This document shows, in pieces, positions 1 to 9,948 of a stretch of DNA of 64,000 nucleotides. Position 1 is the first letter of the stretch, and each line of letters starts with the position of its first letter. Below the pieces are notes generated by a model that made no database searches, was not told the DNA's origin, and saw only the letters and a list, made by a program, of their open reading frames with translations. Source of the DNA: Andalucia godoyi And28 (lineage: Eukaryota; Protista; Jakobida). Location of the stretch: the NCBI GenBank assembly GCA_009859145.1, contig VRVR01000005.1:153448-217447 (forward strand). The letters run 5' to 3'. The position numbers and the translations under genes are program-made.

Positions 1-318
1 TTTAAGGGAAGGCGGTAGAAGAGGAAGATATGTATATTTGAGACAAGTGGAAAACTGTGGAGATGAAAAGCCAAATCGAAAATCAAAAAAGTTAGGGGGA
101 AAAATTGTTTCAAAGAGAAGAAACAAGAGAGAAGAAAAACACGAGGGAAAGCGTTCGTCAAGAAGAAGGAAAAAAACGATACGATAATCAGACATGGACA
201 TCGTTGGGACGATTCGTGTCGAATCGTAGGTGTTGTGTGTGTGTGGTTTCGTTTTCGGTGAACCGCACAGTCAGATGAGAGATGAAATTTTTGAAGAGAG
301 GATAGATGTTCAACGTTT

Positions 319-392
319 GGGCGTGTAGCTCAGCTGGTAGCAGCGCTCGCATGGCATGCGAGAGGTCAGGGGTTCGATTCCCCTCTCGTCCA
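319..392 (+). tRNA. tRNA-Ala, anticodon GGC
   Basis: Cloverleaf read by eye: acceptor GGGCGTG/CTCGTCC with the G3:U70 alanine identity pair and discriminator A; anticodon stem CTCGC/GCGAG with loop ATGGCAT (GGC at 353-355); T arm AGGGG-TTCGATT-CCCCT. No encoded CCA. One extra C in the D arm makes it 74 nt. Confidence 0.9.
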
Positions 393-396
393 GAAA

Positions 397-403
397 TTTT
401 TTT
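397..403 (+). terminator. RNA polymerase III T-run terminator of the tRNA gene
   Basis: T7 run beginning 5 nt after the discriminator base. Confidence 0.7.
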
Positions 404-601
404 CTTATTTATTTATTGCGGTTTTCTTTTTTTTTGACGATGCTGCATTTGCGCGCTATGCATATATGATTATTTATTATTATTATTATTATTTTGTTTG
501 GCATCTCTACAAAAAGGAACAGCAGCTCGCAGAAGCGAGTCGTTACTACCACGTTCTACCGTGTCGGGAAAACTCGGAAGGGGCACGCTCGTTTACTGCT
601 T

Positions 602-3600
602 TCAAGGGCGGCCGACATCGGGGGAACAGAGCGAAACATCGGAAGGGAAGGTGGGTGAATCCTGCGATGGAAAAGTCAGGGTAGACCCTTCCGTCAGCGG
701 CTCTGAGTCGTCAGAGGACGGACTGAAAGACGCCTGCGCGGCTTCCATCATGAACTGCCTGCGTCGCTCCTCGTGTCTTCGAAGCACAGCCAAAGCAGCC
801 TTTTTGAGATCGTTCTTTTCATCTTCGGATCCAGATGAAGAATGCTTGGTGATGTTCAATGATACTTGTGCTGTTGTTGGTGCTGAAGATGCGCCCCTTG
901 GATCTGGTGGTGGCGGTGCTTGGAGGTCAAATTGCACTGGAGGCGAACCGGATGGTTTGAGTTTGGAGCTGCGCTTGGTCGTCGCCTGGCCGTCCCTGCT
1001 CGAAACATGGCTGGTTTTGGAGCTTTCAAACCCGTGCTGCTGCGTCCGAGACAGGACCGCAGCACCTTCTTCACTGGGTTGGATTGTCATGTGGAACACA
1101 CGAACATCCGTCGGAGGCTTCGTCCCCGGTACTTTCTCGCCTTTGGGCTTAGGTCTCTGGTTGAGAAACCCGCGGCCCTGCAAAGGTGGCGATTGCTTTC
1201 GTACCTTTTCTTCTTCGTCCATTTCTCGCAAAAGTCTCTTCTGAGATCGCTTCTGCCGATCAAGTTCTTGGCTTCCGTACGTGTCCAGCTCGGCTAAGCG
1301 CTTCTCGATTTTCTGTAGGCGTCGATCCTCGAAGTCCAAGGTATTGTGCAGCATGGCTTTTGCAGTAAAGACTTCCTTTTCTCCATCACTTCGATGCGCA
1401 TCCGGGCCGTTCGACGCAGAGGAGACATCCGAAGAAGACGACAGATGCGACTCGTATCGATCAGCCATTGGTGAAACTTTGGCATATCCCTCCTCAGATG
1501 TCACGTCCGCCATCATTAAGCGGCTACTCTGACTGGCATCCGACTCGGCTTTGAAGCTGGAGTCGAAGGAATCGGAATTGCTTTCCGTCAGCTCCAAATG
1601 GCTGCGGAGCGACGGAGATGCGGATCGCTTTGCAGGCTTGCTTCTTGTCTTTGGTTTTGACGTTGGTTTTGACGTTGGCTCTTCTTTCGCAATCTCGGGG
1701 AGTCTGCTCAACTGCTGGTTTGCCTGGAGATCCAGCAGATGCTGCACCGCATCATCGAGTCTTTGCTTGCGCAGACGAGATTCTGCAGCCGAGGAATCGG
1801 CAGTTCTCTTACCATTCGAATTGTCGCGCTCCGAGGTACTTTGAATGAGCTTCCTCTCGGATTCTTCCGCCAGACGAACGGACTGCAGGTCTTCAAGGAG
1901 GCGTTCCCGTTGATGAATTTGTAGCGTGGATTGTCTCCTGGCCTGATCGACAGCGTCACGCTCAACACGCAATGCCATTTGGAGACTGTCGAACGCTTTT
2001 TGCAGCTTTTCCTCTTCCTCTCGAAGCATCGCCTTTCGATGCTCTCGACGTTCCTGCAATTCGACCTCGAAATCCACTTTCCGAATCTCTTCTTGTTGCC
2101 GATCAGCTTCTTCATGCGAAAGTTCACGGAGAGTCTGTAGTTCCGTTTTCAACTTCAGTAGCTCATCTTCTCTTTCCTTCATATGTGCATCCAAAAATGC
2201 CTGCTCGCGCATCATCAATTCCTTCTTGAAAGCAGCTTCTGATTGTGCCCTCAGTTCTTCAGCCCTGCGCTGGTCCAATGTCGCGTCTTCGGAGTGCAGA
2301 AGAACTTCTGCTTCCATATGCCGCAGCTTCCGTTGCATTTCCAGCCGGAGACTGTCTTCAACGATTCTTGCTTCCTCCAAACTCATTGCTTGCTCAACCT
2401 TGCGACGGGCCTCAAGATTTTCTCGGAGCTCCTCCATCTTCCTCCGTTCCTCTCTAAATCTCTCCATCTTTACAGAGAAGATCCTGTCTTCTTCGGCGCG
2501 GATGATGCGCTTTCTTCCCTCCTCAAGCTCAATTCCAGAACGACGGTCTTGAACGATGTTTGACAACAGCTGGCGCTCACGCTCAACATTGTTCTGATGA
2601 GCAATACCCGCAATGCGCTGCGCAGCCTCCAATTCCAGCTTGTGCATCCTTTCTTCTTCTTTCTCAATCTCAAGACTCTTCCGAAGCTCTTCAATTTCCT
2701 TGCGATACTCCAAAAGAATACGTTCTCGCTCAGAATGTTGGAGTTCCTCTCGGTTTGCAAAGTATTCTTCCTCAACCTTGAGCCGATCCCGCAACGTTTC
2801 GACCTGCGAAGCTCGAGCAGCCTCGTGCAATTTTGTTCTCTCCTCCAGCGCACGTCTCCGCTCATGATCCACATCCTTTTCCAAGTCCTTCTTCGCAGCC
2901 ACGAGCCGCTTTGAATGCTCCATAAAGGCGCGTTCTCTTTCCGTCTTTTGTTTCTCCAGCAATTCCAGCTCTGCGATGGCCATTTCTCTGTTCCTCCTCT
3001 CCACAATTTCGTTTTCCAACCGCTCTCGTTCTTTGAGTTGGTAGTTGACGACGAACTCTGGGTAGGCCTTGAAGATCGGATATTGGCGCTTTGGTAGTGG
3101 AGACAGTGAGCAGGCAAGTCGATCCCACAAGGGAACACCGGTATTTTCAGCAGCAACTGATGCAGCAAGAGATACGAATGTGACCTCACGGATGGAAAGA
3201 AGCTTGTGGTAGTAAGATTTTGCGACACGGAGTGCAGTGCGCAAAACGACAGGTGTCGGATTTTTGGAAAATGTGTCCAAATCCGTAACGTTCTTGGCAG
3301 ACAATAACGAGTAGCGAAGTTCATGGCACCAAGCACACAAAAAGGACAGAAGAAAACGGCCATCGAGTTGGTGCACAAGCCAGTGGTCCATAAAAATGAG
3401 CCATTCATCACGAGAAAGTTGGTCTGCAAACAAACAGCGAAGCGCGGGCCAAAACACAACCTGTCCATATTCGGTAGACAACCCATTCAAGTAGTTTCGA
3501 AGAGGGGAATCAAAGAACCGCAATACGTCATCGCACAGGTGCAAAAAGTGCAATGGCGGGTGTGGATGATACGTGAACCAATCCTGACACGGATTGAAAA

Positions 3601-5206
3601 ATATCGTCAAGACTGCTTCAAAAGAGTGGACGAGCTCAGTGCGGAAAACATGGAGAAATGGAAACACTATTTCCGGAACAAAAGAACTCTCTGCAAAAAT
3701 CGGTGATAGATGTGCAAGTGTAGAACACACCTTTTGCAGTCGAAGCGCGGCAATGTGATCTCGGATTGGAAACTGTCGTGCTGCATTTGCATACTCGCGA
3801 TGAGGGCCCCTCGACACTAAAGAATCGAACGCTGCGTTGTTCTCTGGAAGCCCCAACAAGAACCTCCAAACCAACGGACGATACTTTTCTGGAAATTCCC
3901 CAACCTCAGAGAGCATGATCGATAACTTTTTTTGGTTGAGCAGAATGTTTGAATCGTCCAGCCCCGCTCGCACTTGGAGATTTTCTGTTCGAGACGCGGT
4001 CTTGGCGATGGCTGCCGCAACCGATGCAGCGGCCTCGTCTTCGGCCGGTTTGCTTTGCCGGTTACTTCCGCCACGGGTTGGGGCCATCGCAGAGATCCCA
4101 ATGAGCGCTTGATGTCTCCCAGGAGTCTGCAGTCCAAGTTTCACCAAGCTCTCGAGATCATATAAAATAATTTCTCCATTATTCAAGAACACTACAATAC
4201 AGCTAGCGATTGGATGCGCTAAAATCGAAATTATACGCTTCAGAGGTGGCGAAAGAATGCACAGCGGTTGTCGCACAGCCAGCTCTTCATTCACTCCCCT
4301 GTTGCTCTGCGGAAGAATCGAGGTATGAAAAAGAAAAGCGGCTCCCTGTGTCGTCAATGCTGCAGCAACTTCATTTCCGCAGAAAACGATCTTTTCAAAC
4401 CCCTTTGCATTGTGATCGCTTGCCAAAGAAAATGACGTGACAAAATCCAGCTTCTTGTACACCTCGAACACGTGGATTTCATTGGATGATGGACCGCAAG
4501 CGAACAGATAAAGTCCGTCCGGAGACAACGCACATGTTCTGCAAGCATCTAAGGGAAATGTGCTTTCATTTGGAAGCTGCAACGAACACTCCATGGTTAG
4601 CGTGGCCAGATTGGCAATTTGAATTCTAGGTGACTGGTCCGTGCAAACCGCAACTTTTCCACTCTTTTCAATTACGCAAACATCTGTGATGCTTCCCTTT
4701 TGCTTCATCTGCACGGAATGAATAGGGCGCAAATGATCTCGCGACCACAACGCGATGCTTCTTCCATCCGAAGACACCACTACTCTAGATTTCACTCCAG
4801 CACTCAGATGTTTTCCAGTCTGCGTATGAAACTTCAGGAACTGAACGATTCCGGGTGCATTCGCGATAGAAACCTCGGCCAGAGAATGGTCGGCTTGAAA
4901 AAGAACGATTTCTGAATTTGAAACGGACACTGGGAAACACTTATCGCTGCCTTTGGCAGTTCTCAAATACGCATATCGGTTTGAATCAAAATAGAACACA
5001 TGCGTTTTTCCGTGGTCGCTCACGACAAACAGTCGCTGACCATCCGGTGAAAAGCACGCACCAGAAAACAAAGTTTGTTTGCCAGATATCTGAGACTTTT
5101 GCACAATGGACAGGAAGGAACCATCCTCAAAGCAAGTGCGATCGTGAGTGGCATTTGAAAAAATTCTCCCATTTGCACTCGCTGAAAGATCAATCAAGGT
5201 CCTCAT
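602..5206 (-). CDS. TBC1D31: TBC1 domain family member 31 (WD40 + Rab-GAP TBC + long coiled coil), centriolar/ciliogenesis protein
   Basis: Single ORF. ATG at 5206 (MRTLIDLSASANGRIF) resembles the TBC1D31 N-terminus. WD40 repeats are followed by the TBC motif GEFPEKYRPLVWRFLLGLPEN and YPEFVVNYQLKERER, then a coiled coil and a Ser-rich low-complexity tail. The ORF-track start is an upstream TTG. Confidence 0.85.
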   Translation of the reverse strand: MRTLIDLSASANGRIFSNATHDRTCFEDGSFLSIVQKSQISGKQTLFSGACFSPDGQRLFVVSDHGKTHVFYFDSNRYAYLRTAKGSDKCFPVSVSNSEIVLFQADHSLAEVSIANAPGIVQFLKFHTQTGKHLSAGVKSRVVVSSDGRSIALWSRDHLRPIHSVQMKQKGSITDVCVIEKSGKVAVCTDQSPRIQIANLATLTMECSLQLPNESTFPLDACRTCALSPDGLYLFACGPSSNEIHVFEVYKKLDFVTSFSLASDHNAKGFEKIVFCGNEVAAALTTQGAAFLFHTSILPQSNRGVNEELAVRQPLCILSPPLKRIISILAHPIASCIVVFLNNGEIILYDLESLVKLGLQTPGRHQALIGISAMAPTRGGSNRQSKPAEDEAAASVAAAIAKTASRTENLQVRAGLDDSNILLNQKKLSIMLSEVGEFPEKYRPLVWRFLLGLPENNAAFDSLVSRGPHREYANAARQFPIRDHIAALRLQKVCSTLAHLSPIFAESSFVPEIVFPFLHVFRTELVHSFEAVLTIFFNPCQDWFTYHPHPPLHFLHLCDDVLRFFDSPLRNYLNGLSTEYGQVVFWPALRCLFADQLSRDEWLIFMDHWLVHQLDGRFLLSFLCAWCHELRYSLLSAKNVTDLDTFSKNPTPVVLRTALRVAKSYYHKLLSIREVTFVSLAASVAAENTGVPLWDRLACSLSPLPKRQYPIFKAYPEFVVNYQLKERERLENEIVERRNREMAIAELELLEKQKTERERAFMEHSKRLVAAKKDLEKDVDHERRRALEERTKLHEAARASQVETLRDRLKVEEEYFANREELQHSERERILLEYRKEIEELRKSLEIEKEEERMHKLELEAAQRIAGIAHQNNVERERQLLSNIVQDRRSGIELEEGRKRIIRAEEDRIFSVKMERFREERRKMEELRENLEARRKVEQAMSLEEARIVEDSLRLEMQRKLRHMEAEVLLHSEDATLDQRRAEELRAQSEAAFKKELMMREQAFLDAHMKEREDELLKLKTELQTLRELSHEEADRQQEEIRKVDFEVELQERREHRKAMLREEEEKLQKAFDSLQMALRVERDAVDQARRQSTLQIHQRERLLEDLQSVRLAEESERKLIQSTSERDNSNGKRTADSSAAESRLRKQRLDDAVQHLLDLQANQQLSRLPEIAKEEPTSKPTSKPKTRSKPAKRSASPSLRSHLELTESNSDSFDSSFKAESDASQSSRLMMADVTSEEGYAKVSPMADRYESHLSSSSDVSSASNGPDAHRSDGEKEVFTAKAMLHNTLDFEDRRLQKIEKRLAELDTYGSQELDRQKRSQKRLLREMDEEEKVRKQSPPLQGRGFLNQRPKPKGEKVPGTKPPTDVRVFHMTIQPSEEGAAVLSRTQQHGFESSKTSHVSSRDGQATTKRSSKLKPSGSPPVQFDLQAPPPPDPRGASSAPTTAQVSLNITKHSSSGSEDEKNDLKKAALAVLRRHEERRRQFMMEAAQASFSPSSDDSEPLTEGSTLTFPSQDSPTFPSDVSLCSPDVGRP

Positions 5207-5297
5207 TATTGCAACTCTCCACCACGCACACACACACACACACAAAGGAAAAGAAAAAGACAATGATTACGGAAGTTTCGGATTCGTTGATTCTTAC

Positions 5298-5366
5298 CTA
5301 CTACTACTACTACTACTAATACTACTAATACTAACACTAGTACTAGTACTGCTGCTGCTGCTGCTT
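5298..5366. repeat. (TAC/TAA/TAG)n and (CTG)n trinucleotide microsatellite
   Basis: ctactactactactactaatactactaatacta...gctgctgctgct seen directly. Confidence 0.85.
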
Positions 5367-5915
5367 TAGTAAAATAGGAAAAAGAAATTCTGGATGATTG
5401 TAATTCTGTAAAGAGCGGGAAATGGTTGTGTTGCCGACACAGAAGAAAGATCCTTTGAATGACGCAGTGCGCTTTTTTTTAACGAACTTGTAGTACAGCA
5501 GGCGGGAGTGTTCCTTCTTTTTCAACGCACCCCAGCCCCCCCCCCCCCCCCCCAAAGGGATTCCCTTTCACGAATCGTCCACGGAGTTTTGCCCGGCGAG
5601 TCCTGCTCGCAAATCCGGCAGCCTTCTGCAAACCCCGCAAAGCACACGTTCCGTGGCCACCTCACACACAGGGTCGAGCAGGAGAGGAACCGGTGGTACG
5701 AAACCCGCTTTCGTTTTTTCCCTCAAGTGCGAGTTTGCGGACGGTGCTCGCTTTGCAAAAAAAAAAAAGGGTTCTCGGGATTCTGAGAAAAAGAGAAAGA
5801 GAGGGGAACGGAAGCGTTTTGAAGAACCAGTTTTGCATTTTTATGAACGGAATCTTCAAAAAGAGTGCAAAACATATCGCTTAGTTCGCTCAACGGACAT
5901 TCCTGGCAATAAGCA

Positions 5916-6617
5916 ATGAAGCTGTTGATCATTCTTCTGATAATTGTTGCGATCATTTCTCTCGTCAACTTCATCTTTGCAGCAGCAGCAGTCTCCACCT
6001 CGACTCCCTGGTATCTCATCACGACGAAAACGTCCAGTGTGAAGACGACTTACACGTTTCGGCTTTCAGAAATCGAGAGCTGTGTGAACTCCAACTGCAA
6101 CACGTACGATTACGGAAAGCTGACAAAGGATGATCTCAAGAAGTTCATGAGCAACATCCGCGGGACTGCATCGGCAACTCTTGCGTTTGCCATCTTCACT
6201 CTCATTGCTTCTGTAGGTGCCGTCGTTGTTGACTTTTTGCCCAAGTTCCAGCGGTTTGCAATCTTTCTGGTAATGGCGACGGCAGCACTCACGGTTCTGA
6301 CGTGTTTGCTGTCACTCGGCGCGTCATGCGGTTTCGCGGACAAGCTAGTGCCGACGATGTGCGACGTATTCACTGTTCCCGCCGTGTGTGCGGACAAGAC
6401 ATTCTCGGGTAGCAAGTCCTCTGGAGGCACCGATACGAACTGGGGTGGCGAGGCTGGGTTTGCACTTCAGCTGATCATCTGGTTGTTGTGTCTGCCGTCA
6501 ATTGGACTTCTCGTCTTCTGTATCATCAAGTTTGGAAAAACCGCTGCACCAACTGCGCCATCGCAGACTTCAGCAAACTCGGCAGCTTCAGCCCCTCCCA
6601 AAGTAGAGTCCGCATAA
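5916..6617 (+). CDS. Four-transmembrane claudin/PMP22/amastin-like membrane protein
   Basis: 233 aa with four hydrophobic segments. First loop has a W and a C-x4-C pair (PWY...SCVNSNC); GFALQLIIW motif at TM4; short Ser/Ala/Pro tail. Confidence 0.6.
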   Translation: MKLLIILLIIVAIISLVNFIFAAAAVSTSTPWYLITTKTSSVKTTYTFRLSEIESCVNSNCNTYDYGKLTKDDLKKFMSNIRGTASATLAFAIFTLIASVGAVVVDFLPKFQRFAIFLVMATAALTVLTCLLSLGASCGFADKLVPTMCDVFTVPAVCADKTFSGSKSSGGTDTNWGGEAGFALQLIIWLLCLPSIGLLVFCIIKFGKTAAPTAPSQTSANSAASAPPKVESA

Positions 6618-6794
6618 ACAATCAGTAAATCACAACGAAAATTCCCGGTGGAAGAATGCTTGGAAGAAGGGGTGAGGACTGCGAAGGGTGCGTGATGTTT
6701 TTGGATTTGTGTTACATCATTTTTACAGCCCCCCCCCCCCCCCCCCCATGCATAAAATGACATCGTGCTATACAGATTACATCACCATAGCGAC

Positions 6795-7169
6795 CTATCC
6801 TGGCCCGATCTTTGGGAGTTCATTGTGTTCTGGCATCTGCTCAAGCTTCTTGTTGAAATCTTCGATTCGCTGTCGATAGCTTGGCTTCTGGGACTCTTCA
6901 AAACGTCTTTGCCGTCGCCGCTCAAACTCAATTTCTGCAGCAGTCCTACCCGCACCTTCTACATACGCGACACTGTCGATGTGCTCATCGTCACCATCTG
7001 CTGAAATACTGTGATCTGCAGAATCACCAAACGGCGCACTCGATTCGGAGTCCATCGTCGCTTCGGATGACAGATGAAACGCCCTCGGCAGCAATTGCGA
7101 TGCGTCAAAACCTCCTTTCAAATGAATCGGCGCCTTTATTACAAGCTCATAGTCTTCGTCGCTGCTCAT
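6795..7169 (-). CDS. FAM32A: FAM32A-like (DUF1754) small nuclear protein
   Basis: ATG at 7169 (MSSDEDYELVIKAPIHLKG); RTAAEIEFE; SYRQRIEDFNKKLEQMPEHNELPKIGPG C-terminus typical of the family. Confidence 0.85.
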   Translation of the reverse strand: MSSDEDYELVIKAPIHLKGGFDASQLLPRAFHLSSEATMDSESSAPFGDSADHSISADGDDEHIDSVAYVEGAGRTAAEIEFERRRQRRFEESQKPSYRQRIEDFNKKLEQMPEHNELPKIGPG

Positions 7170-7605
7170 CTTGAGAACTGGGTACTCTGTGCTGCAGTTC
7201 CACAAGTTGTTCGCAGAACAAAAGAAAAACAAGCGTTTTTCTACCCTCCAACCCAAATTTCTCATGATCGAAGAGTTTGTGATATCGGCGGATTATCCTT
7301 AGAGCAGGTATTCTTGCCGGATTTTTTGCACCTGTCCATGCCGGGTCATTGTCGGGTCACTCCAAATTAAAAACCACCCAATTATTATTTTTACTGCAAA
7401 AAATTCGTGTTCAGCGCAGTGAGCTTGGTACGCTTCGTTTTTAAAATGTTCTTCTGATAACGTTCATTGCGTTTTTTCGGAGTACCGCAAAATGGAAGAA
7501 ATTTAATTAGGAGGCAGGTATGCTTGCCGATGGTTTGATTGGTGAAAATGTTTTTGGCGCACTTTCTTCTTTCTGCCTTTCGTTTTTCACCAACACACCA
7601 TCAGA

Positions 7606-8571
7606 ATGGTCAAAAGACGATCGTCTACCGGAAGGAAAGCGAATTCGGACGCGCAGCTCACGAAAGACGTCCTCGCGCATATCCTTGATAGAGTAAAGTA
7701 CAAAGATCTGCGATCTCCTGAATGAACCGTGCGCAAATACACGGGTATCTACTACGACGAGGTCCTCGATGAGCTAAACGACTGTGAACGAAATGTGTTG
7801 GTGGAAATGCGTGAATCATCTCGAAGTAGTCTTTCCCTTCTTCAGGAAAGCATGATCTTTGTCCAAATGGTGGTGGCGAGATGGCAATCAACTCTGAGAG
7901 AAACCACGTAACGATGATCAATGCGATTTCTGGCGCAGGAACAGCATTTCGACCAAATATTGGAGTATTCAAACACAGGACCGTCATTGGATTACATCCA
8001 GAAGGCCCTCTTGAAGAAGGACGCGGATTTGAAAATCTGTCGAAGCAAGAAAGGATGGATATACTCCACTCTCTTTGTGCAGTTCTTGGAGGACCTCAAA
8101 TTACAGCTGCCCGCTGAGCGTCGCGACGCAAAAATCATGCTGATTGTGGACGGACACAGCAGCCATACAACGATCGAAGCTGTCGAATGGTGCTGCGCAA
8201 ACAACTGGGAGTTGGTCACGTTCCCTCCGCACTGCACGCATAAAATGCAGCCTTTGGACGTCGAGTGCTACAAGATTGTCAAAAATGCATTTCGGTATGA
8301 GAAACATGGAATGGGAGAGCACGGGGTTGAGATCGGGAAACATGTGTTGTTGCGGGACAGCGGATGCAACCGCATTCGTCCAGCATCGCATCTGAACGTC
8401 CCGATGGTGATCATGCGGATACTGATGACGATGATCATCACCATGATGATGACGTTGCAGAAGGCCACAAAGGAGCCGCATCAATGGGACAGAAACAGAG
8501 GCAGCAGGCACGGTTGGAATGCAGCCCTGCAGGGATGGATGATGTCGTCTATTCCGGCAGCAAACCGATGA
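7606..8571 (+). pseudogene. Degenerate pogo/Fot1-type (Tc1/mariner superfamily) DDE_1 transposase
   Basis: Motifs SERNHVTMINAISGAG, SKKGW, MLIVDGHSSH and FPPHCTHKMQPLDV are spread over two frames; in-frame TGA at 7723-7725. Confidence 0.8.
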
Positions 8572-9052
8572 TTTGCTCAAAACGAACACTTGCAATTCTC
8601 CAGGTAAGCAATTTGAGATGTAAATAGTATTCTTCGCTCGAAACTGTATCCATTTATATCGTTATTATTTTTTAAGAAAGATTACAAAAAACAAGAAAAG
8701 AAAGAAAATCTTAAAAGCGAAAAGAGCGACTGTAGCGAAAAGTTTCCAGTCGAAAAAGGATGGGATTCACTCCGACTGGGAAATGGACGCACTTCCCAAG
8801 AATCACGATACGATAAGCAAACAAATCCGGATTCTCATTGCGTTTGCTGGTTATTTACGTACGTTCAAGCATGTGGCTAGTTCTGGCCTTTTCCACGAAC
8901 GGCAACGACGGCACGTCTAGTTCGCAGAAACGAAGCAACACTGTGCAATCGGCAAAGAACACCGAACCAAGCAAGCGAGAGCGGGTAGGGAGGAGGGTTC
9001 CGAAGGAAGGACGAAAAGAGAGAGAGAGAGGGGGGGGGGGGGGCCGCAATGC

Positions 9053-9358
9053 TCAGAAACTGAAGTTGGAAGTCATTCGATGCGATTCAGCAAGTACCAA
9101 GTGAACGGTAAACTTCAAGGTTCTCTTTTCTTCGTCCATCTTTTCGAGAAATCGGTGAATGACACGGACTGTTGAATCCTGGAAACCAACGAGGACAACT
9201 CCGTTTCGATCCGGTAGAAATGAAATGATTCTGCGACTGGGCTCTGTGTCCGGTTCCACAATCGATGCAATGTACTGCACAAACGAAGAAACGTACTTTT
9301 GGACTTCGTCCGTCAGCCTCGAATGTTGGAGAAACAAATAGTGTGGCCCATTGCTCAT
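9053..9358 (-). CDS. Hypothetical ~101-aa protein (weak resemblance to Rpp14/Pop5-type small alpha/beta proteins)
   Basis: ATG at 9358 (MSNGPHYLFLQ...) with protein-like composition; the family resemblance is impressionistic only. Confidence 0.4.
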   Translation of the reverse strand: MSNGPHYLFLQHSRLTDEVQKYVSSFVQYIASIVEPDTEPSRRIISFLPDRNGVVLVGFQDSTVRVIHRFLEKMDEEKRTLKFTVHLVLAESHRMTSNFSF

Positions 9359-9948
9359 TTTTAATGCAAAATGGCAAAGAAATTTTTTAATCGGGTATGC
9401 AATAAACAGAGGATACTGGAATGGATTTGCTTGTCGTTGGTTCCAATGCAAAAATTGCATTTGGATAAGCAGCAAATCATTCGCCATGCTTCGTGTACGT
9501 CAGATTGATTTCATCTTGACCAGCTAAGATACGGTTTTGTATAACCCTCCAACCCAAACGTCTGGTGGACGGCTGTGATATATCATCGGATAGTATGGCT
9601 GAAGGTGTGCAAGGTCGAGGCCCAATGAGACACTGTCGGATATTGACAACCGATTCCTCGCAATTGATGATGGACGCTGATGCTAATTGTAAAAGTCACT
9701 TTTCGCCGAATAAATCTGTCTTGAGGCGCAGCATCCGAGCCAAATTTTTGGAGAGGTTTTGGGCTTGAAGGGTAGTACTGGTAGATGGCTCGAGCTCAGC
9801 AGGTCTGTTTGGTGGTGCGGTGGATCATGGACCAAGAAGCAGGGCCGCAAGAGATATGTGGAATGAATTTCGTGTTGACAAGTCCGCATAATGTTGTCAT
9901 TCACGTGATTTTATCTGTACAACGGAATGATTTGGTGGCTCGGCTATC

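Noticed and set aside
9541-9560. TAACCCTCCAACCCAAAC resembling a telomerase RNA template
   Set aside because: Not a 1.5-unit permutation of any single telomeric repeat, and no supporting structure is visible.
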